This document shows positions 27,568 to 36,673 of a stretch of DNA of 64,000 bases, in pieces. The DNA comes from Anaerolineae bacterium (GTDB taxonomy: Bacteria; Chloroflexota; Anaerolineae; B4-G1; SLSP01). Position 1 is the stretch's first letter. Each line of letters begins with the position of its first letter. The notes under the pieces were generated by a model. That model did no database searches, had not been told where the DNA came from, and saw only the letters and a list, made by a program, of their open reading frames with translations. Location: positions 1,019 to 65,018 of the forward strand of contig DAOPQD010000006.1 of the NCBI GenBank assembly GCA_035347995.1, in the 5' to 3' direction. A program made the translations under genes and the position numbers.

Positions 27568-29630
27568 AGCGCCTCTCGCGCTCCCGTCTCATCGTCCTCG
27601 CCCTGCTCCTCCTCGGTGCGGGGCTACGCCTGGCGGCGCTGGGCGATGTCCCGCCGGGCCTCTACCACGACGAAGCCTTCAACGGGCTGGACGCGCTCCG
27701 GGTCATAGAAGAGGGCGATTTTCCCCTCTATTTCCCCGCGAACAATGGCCGCGAGCCGTTGTTCATTTATCTCATCGCGGCCTCGGTGAGCGTGTTGGGA
27801 CGCTCGCCCCTGGCTGTGCGCCTGCCGTCCTTCTTTGTGGGCTTCCTCACCCTGGCCGCGACCTATGATCTGGCTCGCGTGCTCTTCAATCGCCGGGTGG
27901 GACGCTGGACGCTGGCGGTGCTGGCGGTGACCTTCTGGCACGTGCACCTGAGCCGGATGGGATTCCGCGCGGTGTTACTGCCGCTCTTCACGGCACTTTT
28001 CCTCGCGCAAGCGGCGCGGGGCGTGAAAAGGGGCCGCGCGCGGCACTGGCTCGCGGCGGGTGCACTTTACGGCGGGATGTGGTACACCTACATGGCGGCG
28101 CGCTTCACGCCGATCGCGTTGGGCGTGGTGTTGCTTGTGGCGCTGGCGACCCGGCGCCGCGAGGCGCTGACACATTGGCGCGGCGGGCTGTTGTTTTGCG
28201 CCGCGGCGCTGCTCGTGCTGGCCCCCCTTGGCGCGTACACCCTCCAACATCCCGACATCGTCCTGGCGCGCACCGGGCAGGTGACGATTTTCAGCCCGGA
28301 GATCAACGGCGGCGACCTGTGGGGCACTCTTCTGCGGCACGTCTGGAACACCGCCGCAATGTTCTTCATCCGGGGCGATCGGATCTGGCGGCACAACCTC
28401 GCCTGGCGTCCCGTGTGGGATCCGGCGTTGGGAGTAGCCTTCGTGGTGGGCGTGGGCGTGGCGTTGGGCGGCATTTTTAGCGCAGCGGCGCAGCGGCGCG
28501 GTGTGGGAGAGGGGAAGACTGGCGTACCCCCGTTCTCCTTTGCGATGATCTTGCTGTGGACGGCGGTGATGGTGTTGCCGACATTGCTCGCCGAAGATGC
28601 GCCGCACTTCCTCCGTGGGGTGGGGGTCTTGCCGACGGCGGCTTTGTTCCCGGCGTTGGGCCTGGCGTGGATCGAGTCACGAGTCGCCCCCCACCCATCA
28701 CCCATTACCCATCACCCATTACATTTTACGTTTCACGTCTCACGCATTCCGCAGTACGCAGCACGTCATACATCAATCATATTATTGTGCATTGGACTAT
28801 TTTTCACCACCCACGACTACTTCTTCACCTACGCGCACGCGCCGCTGGCGTATCACTGGCTGGAAGGCGGCGCGGTGGATCTGGCGGGCGCGCTGAACGC
28901 GGCGCGCGGCACGGGCTGGGATGGCGCGCGGATGTTGCATGGGCCGGACAACGGGCGGGTCCTGCTCGTGGACCGCGTCCTCTGGGAGTCGTGGGAGGCC
29001 TTGCCCTTCCTGGTGCCGGAAGAACGGGTGACGTTCTTGCCGTTGGAAACGCCGCCCGCGCTGGACCAGGGACTGACCTTTGCGGTGTGGCCCTACCGCG
29101 ACTGGCAGGCGGAGGTGTTCTCACTTATCGCACGCCCCGCCTATTTGAGCGTTCATTCCGGCCCGCAGGTGCAGGGGGACAAGGACCCGGCACCCTACAC
29201 GGCGGCGTTGCTCATCACGGCGGACTCACGCCCGCCTGTGCCGGAAGCCATCGCGCGCTTTGGCGAGGCGAACGGGGAAATTCTCCTGCGGGCGGCGCTG
29301 GTACGTCCAGACGTCGGGGGATCAACGGTACGGCTGTGGTGGGATTGCGTCACCCCGCTAGCGGCGGACTACACAGTTTACGTGCACTATCTGCGGGACG
29401 GGGAGCTGCTCACCCAACACGACATGCCGCCGGGGGAGGGACATCTGCCGACATCGCATTGGTCGCCGGGCGATCTCATCCTCGACGAGCATTTTCTGCC
29501 GGCGGTGATCCCCGATCCCGCGCGCGATACGCTCCGTGTGGGCTTTTATCGCAGCGATACCGGCGAACCCTTGGGAACGTGGATTGAGGTGGGAGTGATT
29601 GTGGAGAGCGATGAGGCGAAAAGGCGCTAA
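27552..29630 (+). CDS. GT-C fold glycosyltransferase, ArnT/PMT-like (GT39/GT83-type) with C-terminal extracytoplasmic domain
   Basis: ...YHDEAFNGLDALRV...NGREPLFIYLIAASVSV... resembles the ArnT/PMT N-terminal region. Multi-TM. Carries an in-frame low-GC insert at ~28681..28810. Confidence 0.7.
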   Translation: MRADMKRLSRSRLIVLALLLLGAGLRLAALGDVPPGLYHDEAFNGLDALRVIEEGDFPLYFPANNGREPLFIYLIAASVSVLGRSPLAVRLPSFFVGFLTLAATYDLARVLFNRRVGRWTLAVLAVTFWHVHLSRMGFRAVLLPLFTALFLAQAARGVKRGRARHWLAAGALYGGMWYTYMAARFTPIALGVVLLVALATRRREALTHWRGGLLFCAAALLVLAPLGAYTLQHPDIVLARTGQVTIFSPEINGGDLWGTLLRHVWNTAAMFFIRGDRIWRHNLAWRPVWDPALGVAFVVGVGVALGGIFSAAAQRRGVGEGKTGVPPFSFAMILLWTAVMVLPTLLAEDAPHFLRGVGVLPTAALFPALGLAWIESRVAPHPSPITHHPLHFTFHVSRIPQYAARHTSIILLCIGLFFTTHDYFFTYAHAPLAYHWLEGGAVDLAGALNAARGTGWDGARMLHGPDNGRVLLVDRVLWESWEALPFLVPEERVTFLPLETPPALDQGLTFAVWPYRDWQAEVFSLIARPAYLSVHSGPQVQGDKDPAPYTAALLITADSRPPVPEAIARFGEANGEILLRAALVRPDVGGSTVRLWWDCVTPLAADYTVYVHYLRDGELLTQHDMPPGEGHLPTSHWSPGDLILDEHFLPAVIPDPARDTLRVGFYRSDTGEPLGTWIEVGVIVESDEAKRR

Positions 29631-29700
29631 AGCGAAGAGACGTTCACTCGCTTTCTCGCTCACTCGATTTTTCGCTCAACCACTCAATGTGAAGCAGATG
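29615..29700. repeat. GAAAAGCG-rich repeat element forming a hairpin across the stop codon of the GT-C gene
   Basis: gcgaaaaggcgctaaagcgaagagacgttcactcgctttctcgctcactcgatttttcgc. The second half is the reverse complement of the element seen in-frame at 31455..31535. Confidence 0.4.
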
Positions 29701-30075
29701 TTGGACGGCGTGAAATTCCGGGTCGCCGGTGACGAGGGTGGCATTCAATTCCTGCGCCAGCACCGCGGCGAAGGCGTCGGCGTAAGACACGGGATAATGG
29801 GCTTTGAGATGGGCCACGCTCTGAATCTGCTCAAATGACGCAGGCACGAGCTGGATTGGCCCTTCTTTCAACGTGCTGATGAAATTCTGAACGCCTGCCA
29901 GGCCCTTCTCCCGCTCGATAACATACAGAACTTCTCCTACATCGATCTCGCTCATATAGATTTGACAACCCAGCGCTTGTGCCTGCTGTAAAAGCGCATG
30001 CACACGAAAATAGCCGGGTTGATGACGAATTTGGGCAATGATGGCAGATGAATCTAACACATACACGCGCGTCAT
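29644..30075 (-). CDS. vapC: PIN-domain toxin VapC
   Basis: VYVLDSSAIIA...TLVTGDPEF PIN acidic residues. Start at MTRVYVLD (30075) overlaps the vapB stop by 4 nt. Confidence 0.7.
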   Translation of the reverse strand: MTRVYVLDSSAIIAQIRHQPGYFRVHALLQQAQALGCQIYMSEIDVGEVLYVIEREKGLAGVQNFISTLKEGPIQLVPASFEQIQSVAHLKAHYPVSYADAFAAVLAQELNATLVTGDPEFHAVQHLLHIEWLSEKSSERESE

Positions 30076-30368
30076 GATTGGGGGTCGCTTTTGGGTTTGG
30101 AGGGCTCTTGCCACTGGCGGATTTTGGCTTCTTCGCGCTCATAATCTGCCCGCCGCTCTTGTAATAGAATATCGGTCCAGTTTACGCCATCCTCATCGGC
30201 GAACATGCCGTTTAGCGCGGCAACGAGATCGTCAGGCACCGGCACGATGGCGGTCACGTCGCCATAAGTTACAATTTGTACCCGTGTGCCCGGGTACAAG
30301 CCTCGGGCTTCCCGGATTTCTTTAGGTATCACGATAGCGCCTTTTGTGGATACAGTGACCGTTTTCAT
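30072..30368 (-). CDS. vapB: AbrB/SpoVT-family antitoxin VapB
   Basis: MKTVTVSTKGAIVIPKEIREARGLYPGTRVQIV is a swapped-hairpin beta-barrel. Upstream of and overlapping vapC. Confidence 0.65.
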   Translation of the reverse strand: MKTVTVSTKGAIVIPKEIREARGLYPGTRVQIVTYGDVTAIVPVPDDLVAALNGMFADEDGVNWTDILLQERRADYEREEAKIRQWQEPSKPKSDPQS

Positions 30369-30425
30369 CTTACCTGTTCCTTATTTTGTATAACGAATCT
30401 ATAAATAGAACTGAAATACGATCCA

Positions 30426-33400
30426 ATGTCAACATCCAGCTCTTCCCGCATGACGCATTCCGCATCGCGCCTTACGTTTTACGCATTTCTATTCCTCCTT
30501 CCCCTCCTTGCAGCCTTTCCGCTGTGGGGACCGGGGATGGTGAATACGCGCGGCGGCGGCGACAGCCCCTTTCTGCTGCAGCGCACGCTGGATATGGCCG
30601 AAAATCTGCGTCACGGCATTTTCCCCGCGCGCTGGATGGCGCACGCTGCCTATGACCTGGGATATCCGTTCTTCAATCATTACGCCGCGCTGCCCTTCTA
30701 CCTGAGCGGCGGTCTGACGGCGTTGGGCCTCTCACCCCTGCTGGCGATCCAGGCGACGCAGACGCTGGGCTTCCTCCTCGCCGCGCTGACGCTGGCCTTG
30801 TGGGCGCGGCGCGTCTACGGCAACCGATGGGCCACGCTGCTGGCGGTCGCGGCGTACACCTTCGCGCCATTCCATCTGGTGAACGTCTACGTGCGCGGCG
30901 ATTCGCTCTCCGAATTTTGGGCCTTCGTCTGGTATCCTCTCATCCTGTGGACGCTGGATCGCGTCGCCGAGCACCCCACGCTGCGCCGGGTCACCCTTGC
31001 TGCGCTGAGCTACGCTGCCCTGATCCTCACGCACAACGTCTCGGCGTTCATCTTCGCGCCGTTCGCGCTGTTGTATGCAGCAATTCAACGAGTTGGCGAG
31101 TCAACGCAGCAGCGAGAAGGCGAAAAGGCGGAAAAGCGAGAAGGCAAGTCAGCGAATCGCATTTCACGCAGCACGCAGTACGTAGTACGCCTTATCGCTC
31201 CTTTCCTCCTTGCCTTCCTTCTCACGGCCTGGTTCTGGATTCCCGCCATCGGCGAGACGGGCTACGGGCAGATGGGACCGGAGTTCACGGCGGGATATTT
31301 CCATTACAGCAACCACTTTCGCGGCCTGAACCTCGTACAGCGCACGTTCTTGTTTGACTATTCGGTCGCCGGCGACGCTGCCGCTGCTGGCCCTTTTGCG
31401 ATGGGAGGAGTGCAGGCGGCGCTGGCGCTGCTTGGCGCGGGCGCGTTGATTTGGCAAATCGGCGAGTCAGCGAAAAAGCGAGAAAGCGAGTCAGCGACTC
31501 ACATCTTACGCAGCACGCAGTACGCCTTCATCCTTTTCTCCCTGGGTCTCTCCACGTTCATGATCACCCCGCTCTCCGCGCCGTTGTGGGAACATCTGCC
31601 GCTGCTGGCGACCACCCAATTCCCCTGGCGCTTCCTCTCCGTGCAGGCGCTCTTCACGGCCATGGCGACGGCGGCGCTAGCAAATCGGCGGGAAGGCGAA
31701 AAAGCGGAGAAGCGAGAAAGCGACTCACGTTTCGCGCAGCACGCAGTCCCGGCCTTCCTGATTGTTTGCCTCGCGTTGGCTGCCCTCGGCGCGCTCCGTC
31801 CCGAACGCCTGCTCATCACCGCCGACGATGTGACATGGGACCCCCTGCTGCTCTACGAGGCGTTCACCGGCAACATCGGCACGACGATCCGCTATGAGTA
31901 TCTCCCGCGCGACGTGAAGCCGCGCCTGTATCTCTCCGAGGCGGTCGTAGATGGTGTGGACGCGGCGCAGCCCATCGCCGATGGCGGCGTGATGGCGACG
32001 GCGGTGCTCCTCGAGCGCCTCCCCGATCGCCAGACCTGGCAGCTCACGGCGGCCGGCGACGCTCCGGTGACGTTCCCCCTTATCTGGTGGCCGGGCTGGC
32101 AGGCGGAGGTGGACGGCGTCGTCGCCGACGCCTATCCCATGACCGGCTCCGGCCGGTTGACGGTGGACTTGCCGGCGGGGGAGCACACGGTCACGCTGCA
32201 GCTGCGCGCTACCCCGCTCCGCGCGGCGGCGGAGTGGATTTCGGCACTGACGGTCGTGGGGCTATGCGCGGTGTTTTTTCAGCACAGAGGTGTCGAGGCG
32301 CGAAGACGCAAAGAGCTGGCCGACTTTTTGAAAGCTGGCCTTGGATCCACAGGAGCGCTTTTGTCGGTGGCCGCGCTGGCAGTGATTCTCCCTGCCCTCT
32401 TCTCCCCCTCTTCCTCTCTCCCTTTCTCCCTCTCTCCTGCTCCCGCCACCTTCGACTTCATCCAAATGCCTTGGGCCACGCGCGGACCGGTCTATTTTGG
32501 CACGCCATGGCACGCGCAGTTGGGAACGGGCGATGCTGTGCTCACCGCCGTCGGCGCGCTGCCCCATGGGGTTTCCCCCGCTCAAATGCTCCCTGTCCCG
32601 CTGACGTGGGAGCTGCCCACCCCCAAGTCCATCACGGCTACCCTGCGTCTGGTTTCGCCGGCGGAGCCCCGTCATGGCGTCTCCTACGGCCTCGCGGAAA
32701 CGACGTTCACGCTGGCCGGGCAGGTCACGCCGACGCTGGAATTGCCGGCCGATCTCTCTCGCGGCCTGTATCTGCTCGAATTGCGCGTCTTCGGCATAGA
32801 TGGCGAGCTGCCGGCGCGCACGGCTACCGGCGCGGAGCGGGGCGCGCTCTACCTCGGTGCGGTGCGGGTGACGCAGGGACCTTCGCTGCCCGCGGACGCG
32901 CCTGTGCTGGCGCGCTTCCGCGATCTGACGCTGCACACCGTCGAAGTGCAGCCGCCCGATCCGACGACGTTGCGGCTGAAACTGCACTGGTCGCTGGCGC
33001 AGCGGACCCCGCGCAACTGGAGCCTCTCGCTGCGGCTGCTCGACGCGGACGGACGGCAGCTCAGTCAGGCGGATCTGCAGCCCGGCTACGGCTATTTGCC
33101 CACCACACTCTGGCAGGCGGGCGAGCTCGTCACGGATTACCCCACGCTCTCACTGCCGGAAGGGCTGGCCCCTGGCGACTACACGCTGCACGTGATTTCC
33201 TACCTCGAGGCGACGATGGAGACCGGCGGCGAGGTCGCGCTGCCCCTCGAGCTCACGGGGGTAACGGTGCGCGATCCGCGCGAACGCTGTTGCGAGTGGC
33301 AATACCGCGAGGAACAGACCCTGTGCGCGGCCGGCGGTGTGACTCTCATCAGCCTGGCGCTGCCGGAGGCGCATCCCGAAGGGGCGGCGCTGGAGTTCAC

Positions 33401-34100
33401 CGCCGAGTGGTACGCCGCCGCGCCCCCTTCCGCCGATCTGATCGCTCGCTGGGAGGCGCTGGATGCGGCGGGGAACGGCGTCGCGACGTGCGAGGGCCCC
33501 CTCGCGCCCGGCTCGCGCACCTCTGCGTGGCCTCGCTTCGCGTGGGTGCGCGCCCCGGTGACACTCGCACTCCCGCCGCTGCTGCCCGATGGCCCCTACA
33601 CGCTGCGTCTGACGCTGCTCGCAGAGGGCGCCATCACCCAGACCTGCGAGCTGGGCGCGCTGAACATCGTCCCACGCCCGCGCAGCTTCACCTTGCCCGC
33701 GCCGACCTATCCCCAACAGGCGGCCTTCGGCGGCGAGCTGCGCTTACTCGGCTACGACCTCAGCCGCGACGCCGACACGCTTCGGGTGACGCTGTGGTGG
33801 CAGGCGCAGACCGTTCCCGCGCGCGACTACAAGCGCTTCGTCCACGTGATTGCCCCCTCTGGGGACATTCTCGCGCAGGACGACGCCATGCCCCGCGCGT
33901 GGACCTATCCTACCAGCTGGTGGGCCGCCGGTGAAGTCGTGAGCGAGACGGTGACGTTGCCTGCGCCGCCCGGCGACTATCGCCTGGGCGTGGGCTGGTA
34001 TGACGGCGACACCGGCGTGACGTTGCCGGCGACCGCCGCCGACGGGACACCGTGGGCCGATAATCGCGTCCTGCTGAATGCTGCGGCGCCTTCGAAATAG
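30426..34100 (+). CDS. Large GT-C-like membrane glycosyltransferase-family protein (1224 aa) with four tandem ~110-aa C-terminal extracytoplasmic repeats
   Basis: Multi-TM N-terminal domain with GT-C-like loops. C-terminal repeats share the L.WW...DY....PTS.W..GE.V.D...L.LP....PGDY.L.VG.YD pattern also found once at the C-terminus of 27552..29630. Three in-frame repeat-element copies. Confidence 0.6.
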   Translation: MSTSSSSRMTHSASRLTFYAFLFLLPLLAAFPLWGPGMVNTRGGGDSPFLLQRTLDMAENLRHGIFPARWMAHAAYDLGYPFFNHYAALPFYLSGGLTALGLSPLLAIQATQTLGFLLAALTLALWARRVYGNRWATLLAVAAYTFAPFHLVNVYVRGDSLSEFWAFVWYPLILWTLDRVAEHPTLRRVTLAALSYAALILTHNVSAFIFAPFALLYAAIQRVGESTQQREGEKAEKREGKSANRISRSTQYVVRLIAPFLLAFLLTAWFWIPAIGETGYGQMGPEFTAGYFHYSNHFRGLNLVQRTFLFDYSVAGDAAAAGPFAMGGVQAALALLGAGALIWQIGESAKKRESESATHILRSTQYAFILFSLGLSTFMITPLSAPLWEHLPLLATTQFPWRFLSVQALFTAMATAALANRREGEKAEKRESDSRFAQHAVPAFLIVCLALAALGALRPERLLITADDVTWDPLLLYEAFTGNIGTTIRYEYLPRDVKPRLYLSEAVVDGVDAAQPIADGGVMATAVLLERLPDRQTWQLTAAGDAPVTFPLIWWPGWQAEVDGVVADAYPMTGSGRLTVDLPAGEHTVTLQLRATPLRAAAEWISALTVVGLCAVFFQHRGVEARRRKELADFLKAGLGSTGALLSVAALAVILPALFSPSSSLPFSLSPAPATFDFIQMPWATRGPVYFGTPWHAQLGTGDAVLTAVGALPHGVSPAQMLPVPLTWELPTPKSITATLRLVSPAEPRHGVSYGLAETTFTLAGQVTPTLELPADLSRGLYLLELRVFGIDGELPARTATGAERGALYLGAVRVTQGPSLPADAPVLARFRDLTLHTVEVQPPDPTTLRLKLHWSLAQRTPRNWSLSLRLLDADGRQLSQADLQPGYGYLPTTLWQAGELVTDYPTLSLPEGLAPGDYTLHVISYLEATMETGGEVALPLELTGVTVRDPRERCCEWQYREEQTLCAAGGVTLISLALPEAHPEGAALEFTAEWYAAAPPSADLIARWEALDAAGNGVATCEGPLAPGSRTSAWPRFAWVRAPVTLALPPLLPDGPYTLRLTLLAEGAITQTCELGALNIVPRPRSFTLPAPTYPQQAAFGGELRLLGYDLSRDADTLRVTLWWQAQTVPARDYKRFVHVIAPSGDILAQDDAMPRAWTYPTSWWAAGEVVSETVTLPAPPGDYRLGVGWYDGDTGVTLPATAADGTPWADNRVLLNAAAPSK

Positions 34101-34359
34101 CCGCTTTCAAGGGGGTGGTGTTGTCACCTGGGCTAATTACATTATAATTCTCGTCGAAGTGTTTTCTTGATGGGCGGGGCGAGGGACGTTCGCTCGGGCA
34201 TTTTATCCTTGCCAGGCATTATTTTATCTAACGCCGTTGGCTCCTTGCTTCTGTACTGATTCCTTTGCCAGGTGAAAGTCCCTCCTTGACCTCCTGACCT
34301 CCACGGTCAGGAGGCGTTCCCGCACCTTAACCGCTGTCTTTTCATTCAGGGAGGAACTT

Positions 34360-35205
34360 ATGATTCACATTGTCACAGACACCACGGCTTATCTGCCGCC
34401 CGCGATCCGTGAGGCATGGTCTATTCACACGGTGCCGCTCAAAGTCAACATGGGTGCGGGCCTGGCGGATCAGGATGAGGATGACCTCTCACTAGAGGTG
34501 TTTTATCAGCATCTGGCGCACGTGGAGACGGCGCCCACCACGAGTCAGCCCCCGCCTGGCGATTTTATGCGCCTCTACGAGGAGCTCACCTGCGATGGCG
34601 ACGAAGTGCTCTCCATCCACATCTCGGAAGCGTTGAGCGGGACGGTGCGCGTGGCGCAGATGGCGGCCCAGGAAGTGGCGCCTGAGCGGATCACCGTCAT
34701 TGATTCCCAGGCGACGACCTGTGTGTTGGCGCTGATGGTTCACCAGGCGACAAAAGTGCTGGCAGCCGGCGGTTCGCGTGCTGAGGCCGCCGCCGTTGTG
34801 GAGCAGATGACCCACAGCTTTGCCGGCGTGTTCCTGGTAGAAACTCTGGATTATCTGCAAAAAGGGGGGCGCATCAATGGCGCGGCGAAGTTGCTGGGAA
34901 ACGTGCTGCACCTGCGTCCTATCCTCTACCTCAACGACGGCAAGATTGATCCGCTGACGGTGGCGCGTACCCGGAAGCGGGGTCTGGAGCAGGTGCTCGT
35001 CGAGGTGCAGAAGCGGGTGGGGAACGTGCCGGTCTATGCGGCGGTCACGCACATCCAATGCGCGGAGGACGCCCACGCTTTTGGTGAGCAGGTGCGCCAG
35101 GAATTGCAGTGCGTGGATTTCTTCCTGCACGAAACCGGACCGGTGATCGGCTCGCACGTTGGGCCGGGCTTCCTCGGCCTGGGAGTGTGCCCGGTCGTGC
35201 AGTAG
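34360..35205 (+). CDS. DegV-family (fatty-acid-binding EDD fold) protein
   Basis: MIHIVTDTTAYLP N-terminus and overall DegV length and pattern. Confidence 0.8.
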   Translation: MIHIVTDTTAYLPPAIREAWSIHTVPLKVNMGAGLADQDEDDLSLEVFYQHLAHVETAPTTSQPPPGDFMRLYEELTCDGDEVLSIHISEALSGTVRVAQMAAQEVAPERITVIDSQATTCVLALMVHQATKVLAAGGSRAEAAAVVEQMTHSFAGVFLVETLDYLQKGGRINGAAKLLGNVLHLRPILYLNDGKIDPLTVARTRKRGLEQVLVEVQKRVGNVPVYAAVTHIQCAEDAHAFGEQVRQELQCVDFFLHETGPVIGSHVGPGFLGLGVCPVVQ

Positions 35206-35337
35206 CTCTGTGAGGGGAGCAGTAAGGTGAGCGGAGATTTCCGCTCACCGTGTTTTGTTGCCTCAATGTATAACGACGCTGAATCGCAACGGGCGCGTGG
35301 CCGGGCGCTGTTGTGCATTCCATGTCAGGAGAGGGTC

Positions 35338-36663
35338 ATGCCCGAAGCTACTTTTCACTTTCCGCCGAATTTCAAATGGGGGGTCGCCACGGCCGCGCAT
35401 CAGGTCGAGGGCAACAACACCAACAATCAATGGTGGGCCTGGGAACAACAGGAGGGGCGCATCAAAGGGGGCCACACTTCCGGGCGCGCCTGCGATTGGT
35501 GGGAAGCGGCGGAGGCCGACTTCGACCGTGCAGCGGCCATGGGCCTGAACGCGCTGCGCCTTTCCATCGAGTGGAGCCGGGTGGAGCCGGAACCGGGACG
35601 CTTTGATAACGCTGCCCTGGAGCGCTACCGCGAGATGCTGAAGGGCCTGCAACAGCGCGGCCTGGAGCCGATGGTGACGCTGCATCACTTCTCCAATCCG
35701 CTGTGGCTGGAGCAGCAGGGCGGCTGGCTCAACAAGGACACGCGCGCGCATTTCGTCCGTTACGTCGAGCGGGTGGTCAAGGCGCTCGGCGATCAGGTGA
35801 CGTTGTGGTGCACCATCAACGAGCCCAACGTTTACGCCGTGATGAGCTATCTCTATGGGACGTTTCCGCCCGGTCGGCGTGATTTTGGAGCGACCCGCAT
35901 CGTGCTGCAAACCCTGCTGCAGGCTCACGCCGAGGCCTATCGTGCCATTCACCGCCTTCAACCCAACGCCAAGGTGGGATTGGCGCACAATTTGCGCTTT
36001 TTTGATCCCGCTAACCCGCACTCGTTTCTGGACCGGTCGGTGGCCAAGATCCTGGATCGGGGTTTCAATCGTTCCGTGCTCGATGCGGTGTGGAAAGGGC
36101 GGTGGGTCCTGCCCATCGGTTTTGGCTCGGCCTGGTCGTTGCGTCACACGCTGGACTGGATCGGCCTGAACTATTACACGCGCGATCTGGTCGCTTTCGA
36201 TAGCGGCGCCAGGGAGGCGCTGTTCAGCCGTACGCTCCATGCCCCCGACGCGGAGCTGCTCGACGGCGGGTACGGCGAGCTCTACCCGGAGGGGTTGCGG
36301 CGCGCGATCAAGCGCTTGTGGCAGATGCGCTTGCCGATCTACATCACCGAAAATGGCATTCCCGATAGCGACGACGATCAACGGCCGGCCGCGTTGCTGT
36401 TGCACTTACACCAACTGTGGAAGATTTTGCAGAACAACATTCCTGTGCGGGGCTATTATCACTGGACGTTGGTGGACAATTTCGAGTGGGCGGAGGGCTG
36501 GACGTTGCGCTTCGGCCTGATCGAAATGGATCCCGCGACCGGCGTGCGCACGCCGCGCCCCAGTGCGGACCTCTACACGGCCATCGCGCGCGGCAATGCC
36601 CTCACGCCGGCGTTGATTGACGCCTATGCGCCGCAGTTGCGCCCGGTCTTGTTGCCGGAGTGA
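35338..36663 (+). CDS. GH1 beta-glucosidase
   Basis: FPPNFKWGVATAAHQVEGN...; TLHHFSNPLWL; ...YITENGI catalytic nucleophile motif. Start at MPEATF (35338) after AGGAGAGGG. Confidence 0.85.
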   Translation: MPEATFHFPPNFKWGVATAAHQVEGNNTNNQWWAWEQQEGRIKGGHTSGRACDWWEAAEADFDRAAAMGLNALRLSIEWSRVEPEPGRFDNAALERYREMLKGLQQRGLEPMVTLHHFSNPLWLEQQGGWLNKDTRAHFVRYVERVVKALGDQVTLWCTINEPNVYAVMSYLYGTFPPGRRDFGATRIVLQTLLQAHAEAYRAIHRLQPNAKVGLAHNLRFFDPANPHSFLDRSVAKILDRGFNRSVLDAVWKGRWVLPIGFGSAWSLRHTLDWIGLNYYTRDLVAFDSGAREALFSRTLHAPDAELLDGGYGELYPEGLRRAIKRLWQMRLPIYITENGIPDSDDDQRPAALLLHLHQLWKILQNNIPVRGYYHWTLVDNFEWAEGWTLRFGLIEMDPATGVRTPRPSADLYTAIARGNALTPALIDAYAPQLRPVLLPE

Positions 36664-36673
36664 CCTCAGTCAG

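Noticed and set aside
30426-34100. Interpretation of the three charged-linker segments as inteins or programmed frameshift sites
   Set aside because: Segments are only ~25-35 aa, lack intein splicing motifs and keep the reading frame. The repeat-element explanation fits the DNA-level similarity better.
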